The translations under genes were made by a program, and so were the position numbers. 64,000 nucleotides of DNA from Euglena gracilis (taxonomy: Eukaryota), in the NCBI GenBank assembly GCA_039621445.1, contig CP154954.1, positions 23,324,954-23,388,953 of the forward strand. Direction: 5' to 3'. The notes beneath the pieces were generated by a model, which was given only the letters and a program-made list of their open reading frames with translations, was not told the origin of the DNA and searched no databases. Shown here piece by piece: positions 50,670 to 62,922 of the stretch (position 1 is its first letter; the number at the start of each line of letters is the position of its first letter).

Positions 50670-51264
50670 CATCAGGTAATCCACCAATGCACCAGGCATC
50701 CTCCCCTTTTGCTTGGGTGAAAAACTCATCTCATTTCCACCCAGCCTTTCTCGGTGTCTCCTGGTGCCCCAGGGGGTTACCACCAGGTTTTCACAGGTCT
50801 GTTTATCACAAAACATTAGGGAGGGCCGCAATTCGTGGACAACACCAAATTCTTGTTGGCTTCTGGTAGCCCCAACAAGAAAATTGGCAATAATCCACAT
50901 CGATAAAATTCAAATCCTGCATAAAATCCCTGGATCGCAGAAACCCAAACCTGGGGTTCTCAATCCACCAAAACCGTGGCTGAAAGTACTCTATAATTTC
51001 AAGAGTCCTTTGAACCAGGGCATCAGCCTTTTCAAAATCCCTTGGCCTCTGAACCTTGGCATTGGAGTAGTCTTCACAGGGAGGGCCAGCCGCTATTACG
51101 TCGAAATAATTGCTGGAAAATTCCCTGTAATCCCACTCCAAAATATCCCTGCAAAGTGTGGGGTTTCCGTGGGGTTGGATGTCCAGGGAAATGACTTCGT
51201 ACCCTTGGTCCCGGAATTTATTTCCCACGCTGTTGGTTCCAGAAAACAAATCCAGCATGCTCAA
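50670..51264 (-). CDS. C5-cytosine DNA methyltransferase domain at the N-terminus of pol in C (one frameshift near 50810)
   Basis: Motif I MLDLFSGTNS, II SLDI, III CRDI, IV DVIAAGPPC, VI WIENP, VIII YQKPTRIW; motif X-like GRMPGALVDYL in the next frame. Confidence 0.9.
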
Positions 51265-51621
51265 TTTTTTCTGGGAACCACCCGCCTGTGTGGTTCCTGG
51301 CACCTGTGGGGGGTCCTGATGGTGAGATGGGCCACCCACAAAACCTTTCCCCTTACCATGCTGACCGTTTAAATTGCGAGGAGAAAGCTGGGAAAATCTG
51401 GAGCGGTTGGGCTGGCTCCCCATGAACCCTGTCAATGGGGGCACTGCCACCGCACACCCACAATTGGAAGGCAGATACACTGGAGGAATTGACTCAACGG
51501 TTGGTGACGACGGGCAGAGGTGCAAGGCAGATTTCGGGTTGGGGTGGTTAGCACATTTCACTGTGGAGGGGTCCTGACAGCCAGAGGTCCTGCCCCCTCC
51601 CTCGCAAAACCGCAGGCCCCC

Positions 51622-54600
51622 CTACTCAGCATCCTGAGGCCGAGCAGGTGCGGGCTGGGCCGGGCCCTCGCCCTTCCCTTCACCCTGCACTGGCTGGTGA
51701 GGAGAGGCATTCGGCCCTTTCCCTTTGCCTTTCCCTTTCCCCCAATCTGAAAAGCCTTTGCCCTTGCCTCCCTTGCTCCCCTTCCCAGAGCAAAAGAGTG
51801 CATTGTATTCTGGGCATTCCCTTTTGAAGTGAGACGGGGCACCACAGTAGTAACAACCTGATTGGCGGTTTGCGGGTGGGTGTTGCCAATTTTGCTGGGG
51901 GGGGCACCGCAAGTGGAGCTTTAACTGGCTGCACCTGTGGTGGGCCTGGCTGGGCTGGCTGTTGAACCGGGTCAACTTTCTTCGCCGATTCACGCTTTGC
52001 TGCCACCTTGAGAATCTCCCCCTCCATTTCAGTCTCACCCTGGTCGATGGTGAGAACTTTGGGAGAAAAGCGTGTGGTTTTGGTATACTGGGGCTTGTGG
52101 TCGTTGAAATTCAGGACCTTATCCTGTCTTTCGCGGATCCACAATTTGTCATCCACAAGCCTGAAAATTTCATCAAGGGTGGTTTTCCACTCTATTCCTT
52201 CGATCTGCAGGGGTCTGGGGTAATTGGCAATCCGCCTCCCATTAAAATTGATCAACCTTTCCATGGGAGTCCTGGCGTCAAAAGAAACAAAAACAAAACA
52301 TGTACAAAAAAGGAAACTCCCACTCCCTGGTTTTCACTGCCTTGGGGGGAGTGCCACACCCCCAAACACTGATATTGTGTTGCTCAACCACCCTGATCTG
52401 ACAATCAGGGGGCAAACCTCCCTGCACGGACGGGGATTTTCTGTGTTAATATTATAGTTATAATATATATAATAAAATTTAATAAATTAATTATTTAGTG
52501 GACTATCAGACACATCTTAATATATAATACTAATAATAAATCTTAATAATTTCCCTCCTCCCTCCTTCTCTACCCCCCTCTCTTCAGCTCTTCCTCCTCT
52601 CTCCTTCTCTCTTTTTTTCCTCTCACCTCTTCGGCCTTCCACCTTGGGGGGAGTGCCAACCAAACTGATAATTGTGTTGCTCAACACCTGATCTGACAAA
52701 TCAGGTGGGGCAAACATCCTGACACGGGGATTTTTCTGTGTTTTAATGCAAGAATCCTCTGTAATCCATTTCGATATAAATTCAGGAACTCTGTTGAGGA
52801 GCAACCGAATTGCTTCCTCGGCAGATGTATCCTTCACGCTGAGCTGGGCTGACATAAACCTTACCCAAAAATGATTCCAATCTGCCCGGGTGGTCTTTCC
52901 AGGGGTCTTCAACGAAATGTTATACCAAGCCCTCCTAGCTTCAAAGTTATTTTCAGGTGCATATCTCGCCTTGATCCGCGCAAAAACCGGCGTGAATCCA
53001 GGCTTTGCACCTGAACGTTGCAGAAATTTAATTTCCTGTTTGAGACTGTCACACAAACAGGACTCGAAAATCTGCAGCTTCATTGCCTCCCCGTAGTCCC
53101 TCCCCAGGGAAATGGCCTGCCAATACATTTCCCAATCTGCCTCAAAATTCTGCCAATCAGGAGACCTATCGTCGAATCGGGGAGGTCTAATCGACTTGGC
53201 AATTTCTGACACCACCAGGTCACCCCCCAGGGGTAAAACCGGATGGTGCTGACCCCCTGTTCCACCCCCCGCAGAAACTGGTCGAATGGAATAAGTGGGA
53301 CCTTGATTCCCGCTTTGCAATGAAGGAAAAGATCCTGAAAACAATGGGGTTGGACCTTCTTCAAGTGGTTCCAAAACAAAACCAATCTCAGGGGTGGCTC
53401 GTGCGGGAACAGGCTGCACAAGGTCAGCCGGTTTCTGCATCGCTATCACTGGTTCCACATTCACAGTCACAGGCACTACCACCGGTGCTGGGACTGCGAC
53501 TGTGGAAGATGACGATTTCTCCTTTAGGTCTCTTTCAACCTGGAGGAGCTTATCGTTTATTCTTGCTGCTGAAAATTCTGAAGATAAAAACTGGTTGGCC
53601 ACTTGCCCCAATGCAGACTGAACTCCTTTCTCAACATTTTGAACTGCCCCCTGCAGATTTTGTGTTTGGGATGAGCATGATTGGAGTCCCAGCGAAAAAC
53701 CTCGCATAGCACCCTCCAAATCATGGATCCCCTTTTCTGCCGATTGCTGCCCCCCAGCAATACTTTGCATCAAACTATGCTGGACCTGTGACTGCACAAC
53801 TTCATTACGCAGGACCCTGCCATGAATTTGTTGTATCAACGCATCCTGTCTCTGGGTAAGCACCGTAAATTGCTGACCCAGTGTCAGGATTTGCTGATTC
53901 TGCTTTTCATGGAGCAATCTGATTTCCTTCATTTGCTCCTGTTGAAAGCTTTTCACCTCTTGTTGGATTTCTTGCAGTCCTCTCTCCAAATTCTCATTTT
54001 TCTGTCTCTCCTTTTGATAATTCCTTTCAAACTGTTGCACCAAATTATTTTCTGACCTGACACAGGTCATTTGGATTTGGAGTTCAGCCACGGCCCGCTG
54101 AACAAAATTGGAAATATGGTCCTGCTGCTGTGCAGAAAATTCCAGCATATGTTGATCGACCTTATTTCTGCATTGAAGCAAAATCTGCTCAGCCTTTTGG
54201 TCCAATGCATTTGTTAATTTGATGCCCTCCGAAACCAGGTGTTCCACTACTTGTGCCCTCGTCTCATCCAAAGACTTTTCAATATGGACAGCAAGTGGCT
54301 GTGCATCACGCAGAACCACTTGCTCCTCCATACTCGAAACTCTGGCATTCACCTGATTAAGCTGAGTTGATAGTCCCTGGGCCCACAACTCCCACCGTTC
54401 ATTTTCTTCCTCCCAAAATGGGTATGGGGGAGCCGGGCCCTCCTCCCCACAATCCATTTGGGGCTGGGCTGGCTGGGAATTATTGTTCAGAAAAATGTCC
54501 GTTTGCCCATCTTTCTGAGTATCACCCACCCCCAGATCTTGGTGGGGTCTTTTCACCTCCATCACTGACTCATCAGATGGGGGTGTGCCCCTCCCTCGAA

Positions 54601-55330
54601 TTAGGGGGTTGGTGGGGGAGCCCTCCATCGGGTCTTCCAACGGCTCCCCCCCTGGGTGTAAACCCTTCTGCCACTCTTGCACCCGTGCCTTAACCACCTC
54701 CCGGGGATATCTCTCACCCTCCTCTGTTAAAAATACATCCAAGGGAACTTGGGCTTGGATCAGGTCTTGCATATCCTTATCCGTTAGCTCATCCCCTTGG
54801 AAAACCCCCTGGACCTCCCCTATGGTTGCACCCGCTGAACAGGGACCATGTAGAGGATGGGGCAGAGGGACAGGGAGTAAAGAAAGATTTTCATTGGGCT
54901 GAAAGTGCATGTGGGAGTCCACAAAACCCAGCCCTCCAGTGGGTGCTGCTACCCCACTGAAGGTCTGATCCCCGTTAAAATTAACAATCGCTGTCCCAGG
55001 AAAACACATTGGTGAAAAATCAGGGTTTCCAGCAATCTGCAAAAATGCTGGTGTTGAATCTGAAGTGGTAACCGGGTTCCACTCAATTTGCTGAATATCG
55101 GTGGGCTGGTTTGTAAACTCAAGATTTCTGGGGCCACTGGGAGATACCAAATCAGAAAATTGAATATCCCCATCCCCAGAAAAATCTGGGCCAGAATTCC
55201 TGAAAAATCCTGGTGTCCTGCCGAAAGTAAATTCCTCAGCAGCCGGCTGGGAAATTAACATAAGTGCACCCAGGTTTTCAGTCGAAGAATGTGCCAAATC
55301 TGCAATGGCGTGAGAAGTATTTCCACCCAT
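51622..55330 (-). pseudogene. gag: Gag of C (long coiled coil, capsid-like region, CCHC knuckle); interrupted at ~52270-52640 and frameshifted
   Basis: PPRFDDRSPDWQNFEADWEMYW; CYYCGAPSHFKREC; ends QDAE-TAG. Start codon uncertain. Confidence 0.85.
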
Positions 55331-55419
55331 CTGAAACTGGGGGGAAATTTTCTGAGAATTCTGAAAAGTCGCTGCATTTTCAAACTGATCATGACTAACA
55401 ACATGATCAGTTGACAAAC

Positions 55420-55430
55420 CTCTGCGACCA
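55420..55430 (-). promoter_or_regulatory. PBS of C (TGGTCGCAGAG; 1 mismatch to the iMet-type TGGTAGCAGAG)
   Basis: Directly abuts the CA end of the repeat at 55431. Confidence 0.75.
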
Positions 55431-55947
55431 TGTCCGCGGAACCCGTCCTCGGGGTCCCCGGCGTAGGATCGATTTTCAATATTTCCGTGGCCGTCAGCCA
55501 CTCCTGGGTGCGTCGGCAGGTTTTCCCCCGATCCCCCCCGGGGACTGTCCCCCCCCGCAACCCGGAGGGCTCCAGTTCCCGTGGTCTCGGCACACGCCCC
55601 ACCCTGCCCGGCCCCCTCGAGGGGAACCGGACACACCGAATGCAGGGGGTGGGTGGGCTCAGGTCCACCCCCCGGAGTGTTTTGGGCTGTTGCTAAGAAC
55701 GGGGTAAAACCTGGAATTTCCCTGACCTCGGCCCGTGGACTCCCTACTTGCTTTTCCCCTCCCTGATTCCCCGCTGTGTGCATGCTTGTGCGCGGCAAAC
55801 CACACCAAACGTTCTTCTTGAACAGCACAGCACACAAATGTCAATTGATGATTTGGGATGTACAAGTGTGAATTGTTTGCGTAGGTTGAAGATGGGCAGA
55901 TGGGAAAATGAAAGAATACGGACGAGGAAGACCCTGCAGAGGGGACA
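55431..55947 (-). mobile_element. 5' LTR of C (outer boundary tentative)
   Basis: Near-identical to 40470-40987. Confidence 0.6.
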
Positions 55948-58900
55948 ACGTGTTTTTTAAATTCTGTATTCTGCCCCCCCCCCCCGAACTTCGGCTCCGA
56001 ATGAGCCTGAATCAGGGGCAAATAATCCATTCTGACCCCCCCTCCCGATTTCGGCTCTAAACAGCCAAAAATCAGGTTGGGGATTGGAACCATTCTATTT
56101 TCTGAGAGGGGCTCCCCCCCCCCCCAGTTCTGGGCTTTTGTCACCGAACTGGCTGGGGTGTTTATGTTTTGGGCTGAAATATTCTGGGTAAATATTTCTC
56201 TCCAGCCCCCCCCCCCCCGTTGAGGGATGACCCAGCCCGAAATGGTCGAGAGGAGGATTACTTTTATGCCAACCGACTGTGGAAAATCCTTAAGCCGGCG
56301 TTTGAGACGCCGGGCTCAGGACAGAACCGCGTCCCCCCCACGGGCTTTCGGACGCCGGTTCTGTCCTAAAGCCCGGCGTTAGGAACGCCGGCTTTGTCCA
56401 AAGCCCGGCGTCCGATTTTCATTCCAAAAAATGTCACCAAAAGTGCCCAAAAGTGGCCCTAAGGTGCTGGTATGAGTGTTTCAACCATCAAGGACAATGA
56501 ATTTTGCCATATGGGGACCAGTGGGGTGGATATCCAAATTTGGTGAAAATTGGCCCAGATTTGGAAATAGAGTACCGTGCAGAGTGGAAAGATCTGATGA
56601 GCATCGCTGGTCGTCTGTTTAAAGAGCTTTCGATCGAGGGGGAACTTGGTACCCTAACGTTGCACGCAGCCCGAGATACGCTCGCGATCGTCGGATCGGC
56701 CAGAATCTGAGTCGAAATTTGTCGCAATTTTCAGTGATTTTTGGTTTAAGATGCTTAATAAACCTTACAGAAACGTTTTTCCTCTTCGAATCAACGACCC
56801 GAGGGCCTTGGGGGGGGCACCAGAGTTGTGAAATTAGGATTCCCCACTGACAGAAAATATGACCTTAGACGTGGCTGAATTGGTGGGGACGATGTCAGAG
56901 TCGATGAGGGCTCATGGTGCTGACACGAAAAAAGACCCCCCCTGGCCGAAGAAGGGGAAAATTGGTCAGAGGGACAGAGGGAGGGAGAGTCTGGCCGGGG
57001 TGGGACGCCGGCCGCCTGCAGCCGTGGGCAGGTCACCCGTTCTGTCCAGATGACGCGTCCAAACCCCGCCTCCGTTACGGAAACCGGCGGGTTGGAAAAG
57101 GTGGACAAAACCGGCGTCTCCCCCCCCCGTCTCGACAGCCCAGCTTGTCGAAAGGCTTCTGAAAAGGAGAAAGAATTCTGAAAATAATTTGGTTGAGATG
57201 CTGATGAAAAATTCCAGGAGGGGGAAACCACATTGAACAGCCAAAACCCCGCGATCGCCGGAATTTGGGAATTAATTTCAGATCTTCTAATATCCATCCA
57301 ATGACGGTTTCTGTCTGGCCCCCCCCCCCCCCGTTCTGGGCTCTTGTCCAGCCGGTTCTGCTGAAAGCCCGGCGTTCCCCCCCCCCCCGGACCACCCGTT
57401 TGACGCCGGGCGGACAGACGGCCCGAGAGTGTAGGAAAAATTTTCTTCTCGAAATTCTGGCTCTTCTCCCTGTCTGAAAACAGGAGAAAAAACCCCGGGG
57501 AAACTCTGAATTTAATTAATTTTTGATGTGAAGAATCTGAAAATTCTGCACAAACAACCATAAAAAAGCCTGAAAAAACTGGGAAAAGAAACTGAGAAAA
57601 CAAACTGTCACTGCCACAGCCACAGTCATTCTCATCCTGATTGATTAAATTCCTGCCCCCCCCCCCAGGGTTTTCGGTTTCGAACAACCGTAAACCTGGT
57701 GGAGGTAAAAATGCACCAGCCACAGCCCAAATCTGTGGTTCTGGGTATTATTGCTGCCCCCCCCCCCCCAGCCCGCCCTTATCTGCCCCGGGTTGGGGGA
57801 GGAAGAGAGACAAAAAGAGCTGCCCCCCCCCCAGCCCAGAAATTGGCTTCCTTTCGGCCTGATTTCTGCTGGGAGAGATAAAAATGCTGCCCCCCCCCCC
57901 CCCAGTCCAGAAATTTGGCATTCTTTTCAGCCATATTTCGGCTGGGAGAGGTAAAAATGCTGCCCCCCCTCCCAGCCCAGGGGCCTTTGGTTCTGCAAAA
58001 AAAAAACCCTGGAGGTCCATAATAAACTGCCCGGAGGCTGTCACCACTTAAAAGTTCCGGTGCTACTGAACGGCCTGAACCCTGAACCCAGCAACCCGGG
58101 TCACAGAGTGGATGAAACAACCCAAACGACTCCAAATCTGCTGGGTGAACCGTAAAAAGAATCCATTAAAACATCCTCACCTGGCCCATCTGAACATGCC
58201 AGATGACTGTAAATGACATCGGCCATTGGCTCCATGACGACCCGGGTCAGTCATCTGGAAACTCAACTGGCTGGGCCGAAAAAAAGCTGTATTTTCTGCT
58301 GCTCAGCCTGACCCCCCCCCTCGACCTGTCATCGGCCAGCTCAGGTCAGGGGGGAAAATTTGTCCAGCCGGATCCCCGACCTGCCTTTGGCTCGGCCATC
58401 GGTCAGCCCAGGTTAGGAGAAAAAAGTATTAAAAAGTCTGCCCAGCCTGCCCCCCCCCCCCGACCTGTCATCGGCTCAGGTCAGGGGGAAAAGAACATGG
58501 GAAATTCTGCCCAAGCCCCCCCCCCTCCCCCGCCGACCTGCCTTTGGCCCTCGGCCTGCCCAGGTCAGGGGGAAAGGAGTTTTATAAAAGTCTGCGCAAT
58601 CAGACCCCCCCCGACCTGCCATCAGCCAGCTCAGGTCAGGGGGAAAAGAGTATAAAAAAGTCCCAGCCTGACCCCCCCCCCCGACCTGCCTTCGGCCTGG
58701 CCAACCCAGGTCGGGGGGAAAAGATTTTTAACATGAAAGGTCTGACCGGCTGCCCCCCCCCCAGCCCAGAATTCGGCCTACTTCCAGCCGCATTTCTGCT
58801 GGGGAGGGATTGACATTCCTCCCCCCCCCGACCTGACCACCAGCCCAGGTTTCAGGAGGAGGGGGGAAAAATAACCATTATTCCTGTCCCCCCAAAAAGC

Positions 58901-61555
58901 CAGATTATCGGTCCACAGCCGTAAATCTGTGGTGGGGGAATTTAATGTTGTTCCCCCCCCCCCGAATTCGGCCAGCCAGCCAAACTTCAGGGTTGGGAAA
59001 ATATAATTGGTCTGTCACCCCTGGATTCGGCACGAAACAGCCTGAATTCAGGGTTTTATACATCCCCCCCCCCAGGTGTTGGCCGACAGCCTGAACCTGG
59101 TGGGAAAAGAAACCAAAAGTCTCCGACATAAAAAATGGGCACTCCTTCTGGCACTGGGGTCTCGGTTCAGCCCAGCCAGGGCTGGGTCCACAACCGCAGA
59201 AAGCTGTGGAGCTCGCTGCAAAATTTGGACCAGCCACATACCCTGGCTGTCCGTTGCTTCCAACGGTCGCTGGTCCCATGACCATGTGAACCTTGGACAG
59301 CCTTGATAAAAATAACCCTCGGCAGCAAATAATTCTCCGAAATTCCTGAGTGTATTCCCAAAAGGCACAGCCAACTTTGGTTGAGGGAAAATAAAATATC
59401 CCTTGATCAGCCCCCCCCCCCCCCAGCACGGTTCTGCCAAATCATGCTCAGGATGAGGGATGGGGTTCGCAAACAAAAATAATCTGATTCCCCCCCCCCG
59501 TTCTGGCTCGCACACCTCCAGAAACGGGAGTTCAGGGGAAGAAATACCCCATGGCAGCCCCCCCCCCCGTTCTGGCCCGAACACATCCAGAAATGGGGGT
59601 CCAGGGGAGGAAATACCCCAGGGCTGCCCCCCCCCTGTTCTGCGACCTCTTCCAGAAATGGGGGGGTCCGGGAGGAATTGCCCCAAGGCTGGCTCCCCCC
59701 TCCCTGCCCGAGGCTGAACTCTTCAGGGCCAGGGGAGAATAAAAACATTCTGAAAACCCAATCTGGGAGTGGATTGTTGCCATTACCACGCCTCAGAAAA
59801 AGGTTTTGGATCGGTCATCCCACTGGCAAGCTCCTGAGATTCCTTGGTCCACCATTCGATACGGGCAGCACTGCAAATTCAGTATAATTCACCACCGTTT
59901 GGGTCCCAAAGATCTTGCAAATCTTTGAAATTCTGTCCACTGGACTTCGGGTCCGGCAATTCCATGCCGAGACTAGCCCCATTTGTAAATTGCACCTGCA
60001 AAAAACACAAAGCATTTTCCACCCCATCTCATGCAACCATTCTGCAAAATGGTCACATTTAGGGCGTGGAGGAGGCAGCCTAGCCCCCATTTGCTTATCA
60101 GGGCGAGTTTCTGAACAATCCACAGGTCTAAACCCTGTGGACGTCCAAAACCTCCCCTCCAAACCTCCCTTGTGCTTTCCAGGGTGAGTTTCTGAACAAT
60201 CCACAGGTCCAAGCCCTGTGGACGTCCAAAACCTCCCCTCAAAACCTCCCATCAGGACTCCCAGCTACACTGAAGGCCTTCAGGGGGTGTTTGTGAGGAA
60301 AAAGCTAGTCTAGAGGCCTTGAACCTCTAGACCCTTGTGGCCAACCTGTCCAACCCACTGTCAATCCACAGTCACCTTTGGGCAAATTCCCAACCCTCAT
60401 GACCAGGGTCTATGGCTGAACCATATACCCTAAGTCCAATTCTGTATGTTTGTGTGCTGGAAGCCCTTCCAATTGGGGGGGATTTGGTCCGCGCGTCCAT
60501 AGGCTCCTTTCTTACCCAGTTTGGATCTCCCTAATTTGTGGCGGATGGCATCTGGAAATCTGCAACTCCACTGCCAACCCCCTATATCATTGGATGCGTC
60601 TTCTAAGGCGCTATCCAATGATACCCATTTTAAGGCGTCACTCAGCCGTTTCCCAACTTTCATTTCCGGAGCCACTGCAAGGCCGGAGCGTGGCTGTCCA
60701 AACAGCCAACACCCCCTCCCTTGCGACCCTTAGTCGGACACGCTCAAATCCCACATTTGCATACCCCCCTCCCTACTTCACCTCGACCCAGGTGGAGAAG
60801 ATTGGGTGGACCTTGCCGAAAAAAATGATGGAACGTTGCCCCTCCTAGCAGTCTTGGGGTACACAATCCCACAAAGTGGGATATTTCTCCGGTTTTTGGG
60901 TCAGTAATACCCCCACTCCTCGCAGACCCACTGCCCCGGGCACCACGTCCACGTTGGTCCCCCCTTGCCCTTGCCGTACCCCTTGCCCATACCGCGTCCA
61001 AACCCCTTGCCCTTGCCCTTGCCCTTGCCGCTTCCATTCCAGCCACCCTTACCCTTGCCTCGTACAGGCGGCGTTGGGGGTTTATGTGGGTTGTCCCCCG
61101 TCCCGGTCTCCGGCTTCTGCTTCTTTGTTTGCGTCTGCGCGTCGCGCTTTCCCTCCTCCCTGAGGGGACAACGCTTCTTCTTGTGGTCTGTGGCGCCGCA
61201 CTTGTAGCACCCCCGGTCTTCCACCGGGGGACTGCTTGCTGCCGCCTCCGCCTTTTGCTCCTCCTTCTGTTCTTCACTTGGTACATAAGGAGGGAAGGCT
61301 GACTTGGGTGTGCCCTCAATTCTGGTAATGGAGGACGATTTGACGGTGACAGGCCCTTGTCCTTGTCACCGTTGGGAGACATACCAACCTGGAATGAAAA
61401 ATAAACAACCCACACCCGGTTTCCTCGAGTCTGTCCTTTAATACTCCTCAGGGAAACCGTTTATCAGTGGTCTCTCCTCGTTCCAAACGAGGAGATACAT
61501 ATCCTCTCTCAAACTTCTCCACGTTTGTTCTCGTACACGCACCCCCCGAACTCCA
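55948..61555 (-). repeat. Second copy of the 40988-~45686 region (3' part of a tandem element, or part of a very long LTR), truncated by satellite
   Basis: Colinear identity with the left copy; extra ~1.15 kb at ~56293-57435; CCHC/GKGK ORF at 60901-61224 (CYKCGATDHKKKRC). Confidence 0.85.
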
Positions 61556-62922
61556 AATTTTTCAGATTCGCGAATGTCGCGATCTGAATCGTGGAAATCG
61601 CGATCGGAATCATGATTACCATGATTTCCGTCGCATTTCCCGCGAAAATTTTTCAGATCCGCGAATGTCGCGATCTGAATCGCGGAAATCGCGATCGGAA
61701 TCATGATTACCATTATTTCCGTCGCATTTCCCGCAAAAATTTTTCAGATCCGCGAATGTCGCGATCTGAATCGCGGAAATCGCGATCGGAATCATGATTA
61801 CCATGATTTCCGTCGCATTTCCCGCGAAAATTTTTCAGATCCGCGAATGTCGCGATCTGAATCGCGGAAATCGCGATCGGAATCATGATTACCATGATTC
61901 CCGTCGCATTTCCCGCGAAAATTTTTCAGATCCGCGAATGTCGCGATCTGAGTCGCGGAAATCGCGATCGGAATCATGATTACCATGATTTCCGTCGCAT
62001 TTCCCGCGAAAATTTTTCAGATTCGCGAATGTCGCGATCTGAATCGCGGAAATCACGATCGGAATCATGATTACCATGATTTCCGCCCGCGAAAATTTTT
62101 CAGATTCGCGAATGTCGCGATCTGAATCGCGGAAATCGCGATCGGAATCATGATTACCATGATTTCCGTCGCATTTCTCGCGAAAATTTTTCAGATCCGC
62201 GAATGTCGCGATCTGAATCGCGGAAATCGCGATCGGAATCATGATTACCATGATTTCCGTCGCATTTTCATGCGAAAATTTTTCAGATCCGCGAATGTCG
62301 CGATCTGAATCGCGGAAATCGCGATCGGAATCATGATTACCATGATTTCCGTCGCATTTCCCGCGAAAATTTTTCAGATGCGCGAATGTCGCGATCTGAA
62401 TCGCGGAAATCGCGATCGGAATCATGATTACCATGATTTCCGTCGCATTTCCCGCGAAAATTTTTCAGATTCGCGAATGTCGCGATCTGAATCGCGGAAA
62501 TCGCGATCGGAATCATGATTACCATGATTTCCGTCGCATTTCCCGCGAAAATTTTTCAGATTCGCGAATGTCGCGATCTGAATCGCGGAAATCGCGATCG
62601 GAATCATGATTACCATGATTTCCGTCGCATTTCCCGCCAAAATTTTTCAGATTCGCGAATGTCGCGATCTGAATCGCGGAAATCGCGATCGGAATCATGA
62701 TTACCATGATTTCCGTCGCATTTCCCGCGAAAATTTTTCAGATTCGCGAATGTCGCGATCTGAATCGCGGAAATCGCGATCGGAATCATGATTACCATGA
62801 TTTCCGTCGCATTTCCCGCGAAAATTTTTCAGATCCGCGAATGTCGCGATCTGAATCGCGGAAATCGCGATCGGAATCATGATTACCATGATTTCCGTCG
62901 CATTTCCCACGAAAATTTTTCA
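61556..62922. repeat. 91-bp satellite array, ~15 copies, same family and orientation as 36450-40469
   Basis: Same unit sequence. Confidence 0.98.

Larger units (their letters stand above)
40470..55947 (-). mobile_element. Ty3/gypsy chromovirus-like LTR retrotransposon, family-2 copy C, encoding a C5 DNA methyltransferase
   Basis: Direct repeats start TGTCCGCGG at 40470 and 55431; order PBS, gag, DNMT, PR, RT, RH, IN, chromodomain. Confidence 0.9.

Noticed and set aside
50670-51264. Bacterial restriction-modification system or contamination
   Set aside because: No endonuclease or operon context; the MTase is embedded in frame between gag and protease of a eukaryotic retroelement.
52270-52640. 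Intron or insertion within gag of C
   Set aside because: Contains a garbled copy of 52640-52745 plus AT-only and CT-only runs; most likely low-quality consensus sequence.
55331-55837. N-terminal 170 aa of the 1106-aa ORF as genuine Gag
   Set aside because: It starts inside the LTR and runs through the PBS, and the other LTR copy has a 1-nt indel in this frame; likely incidental openness.
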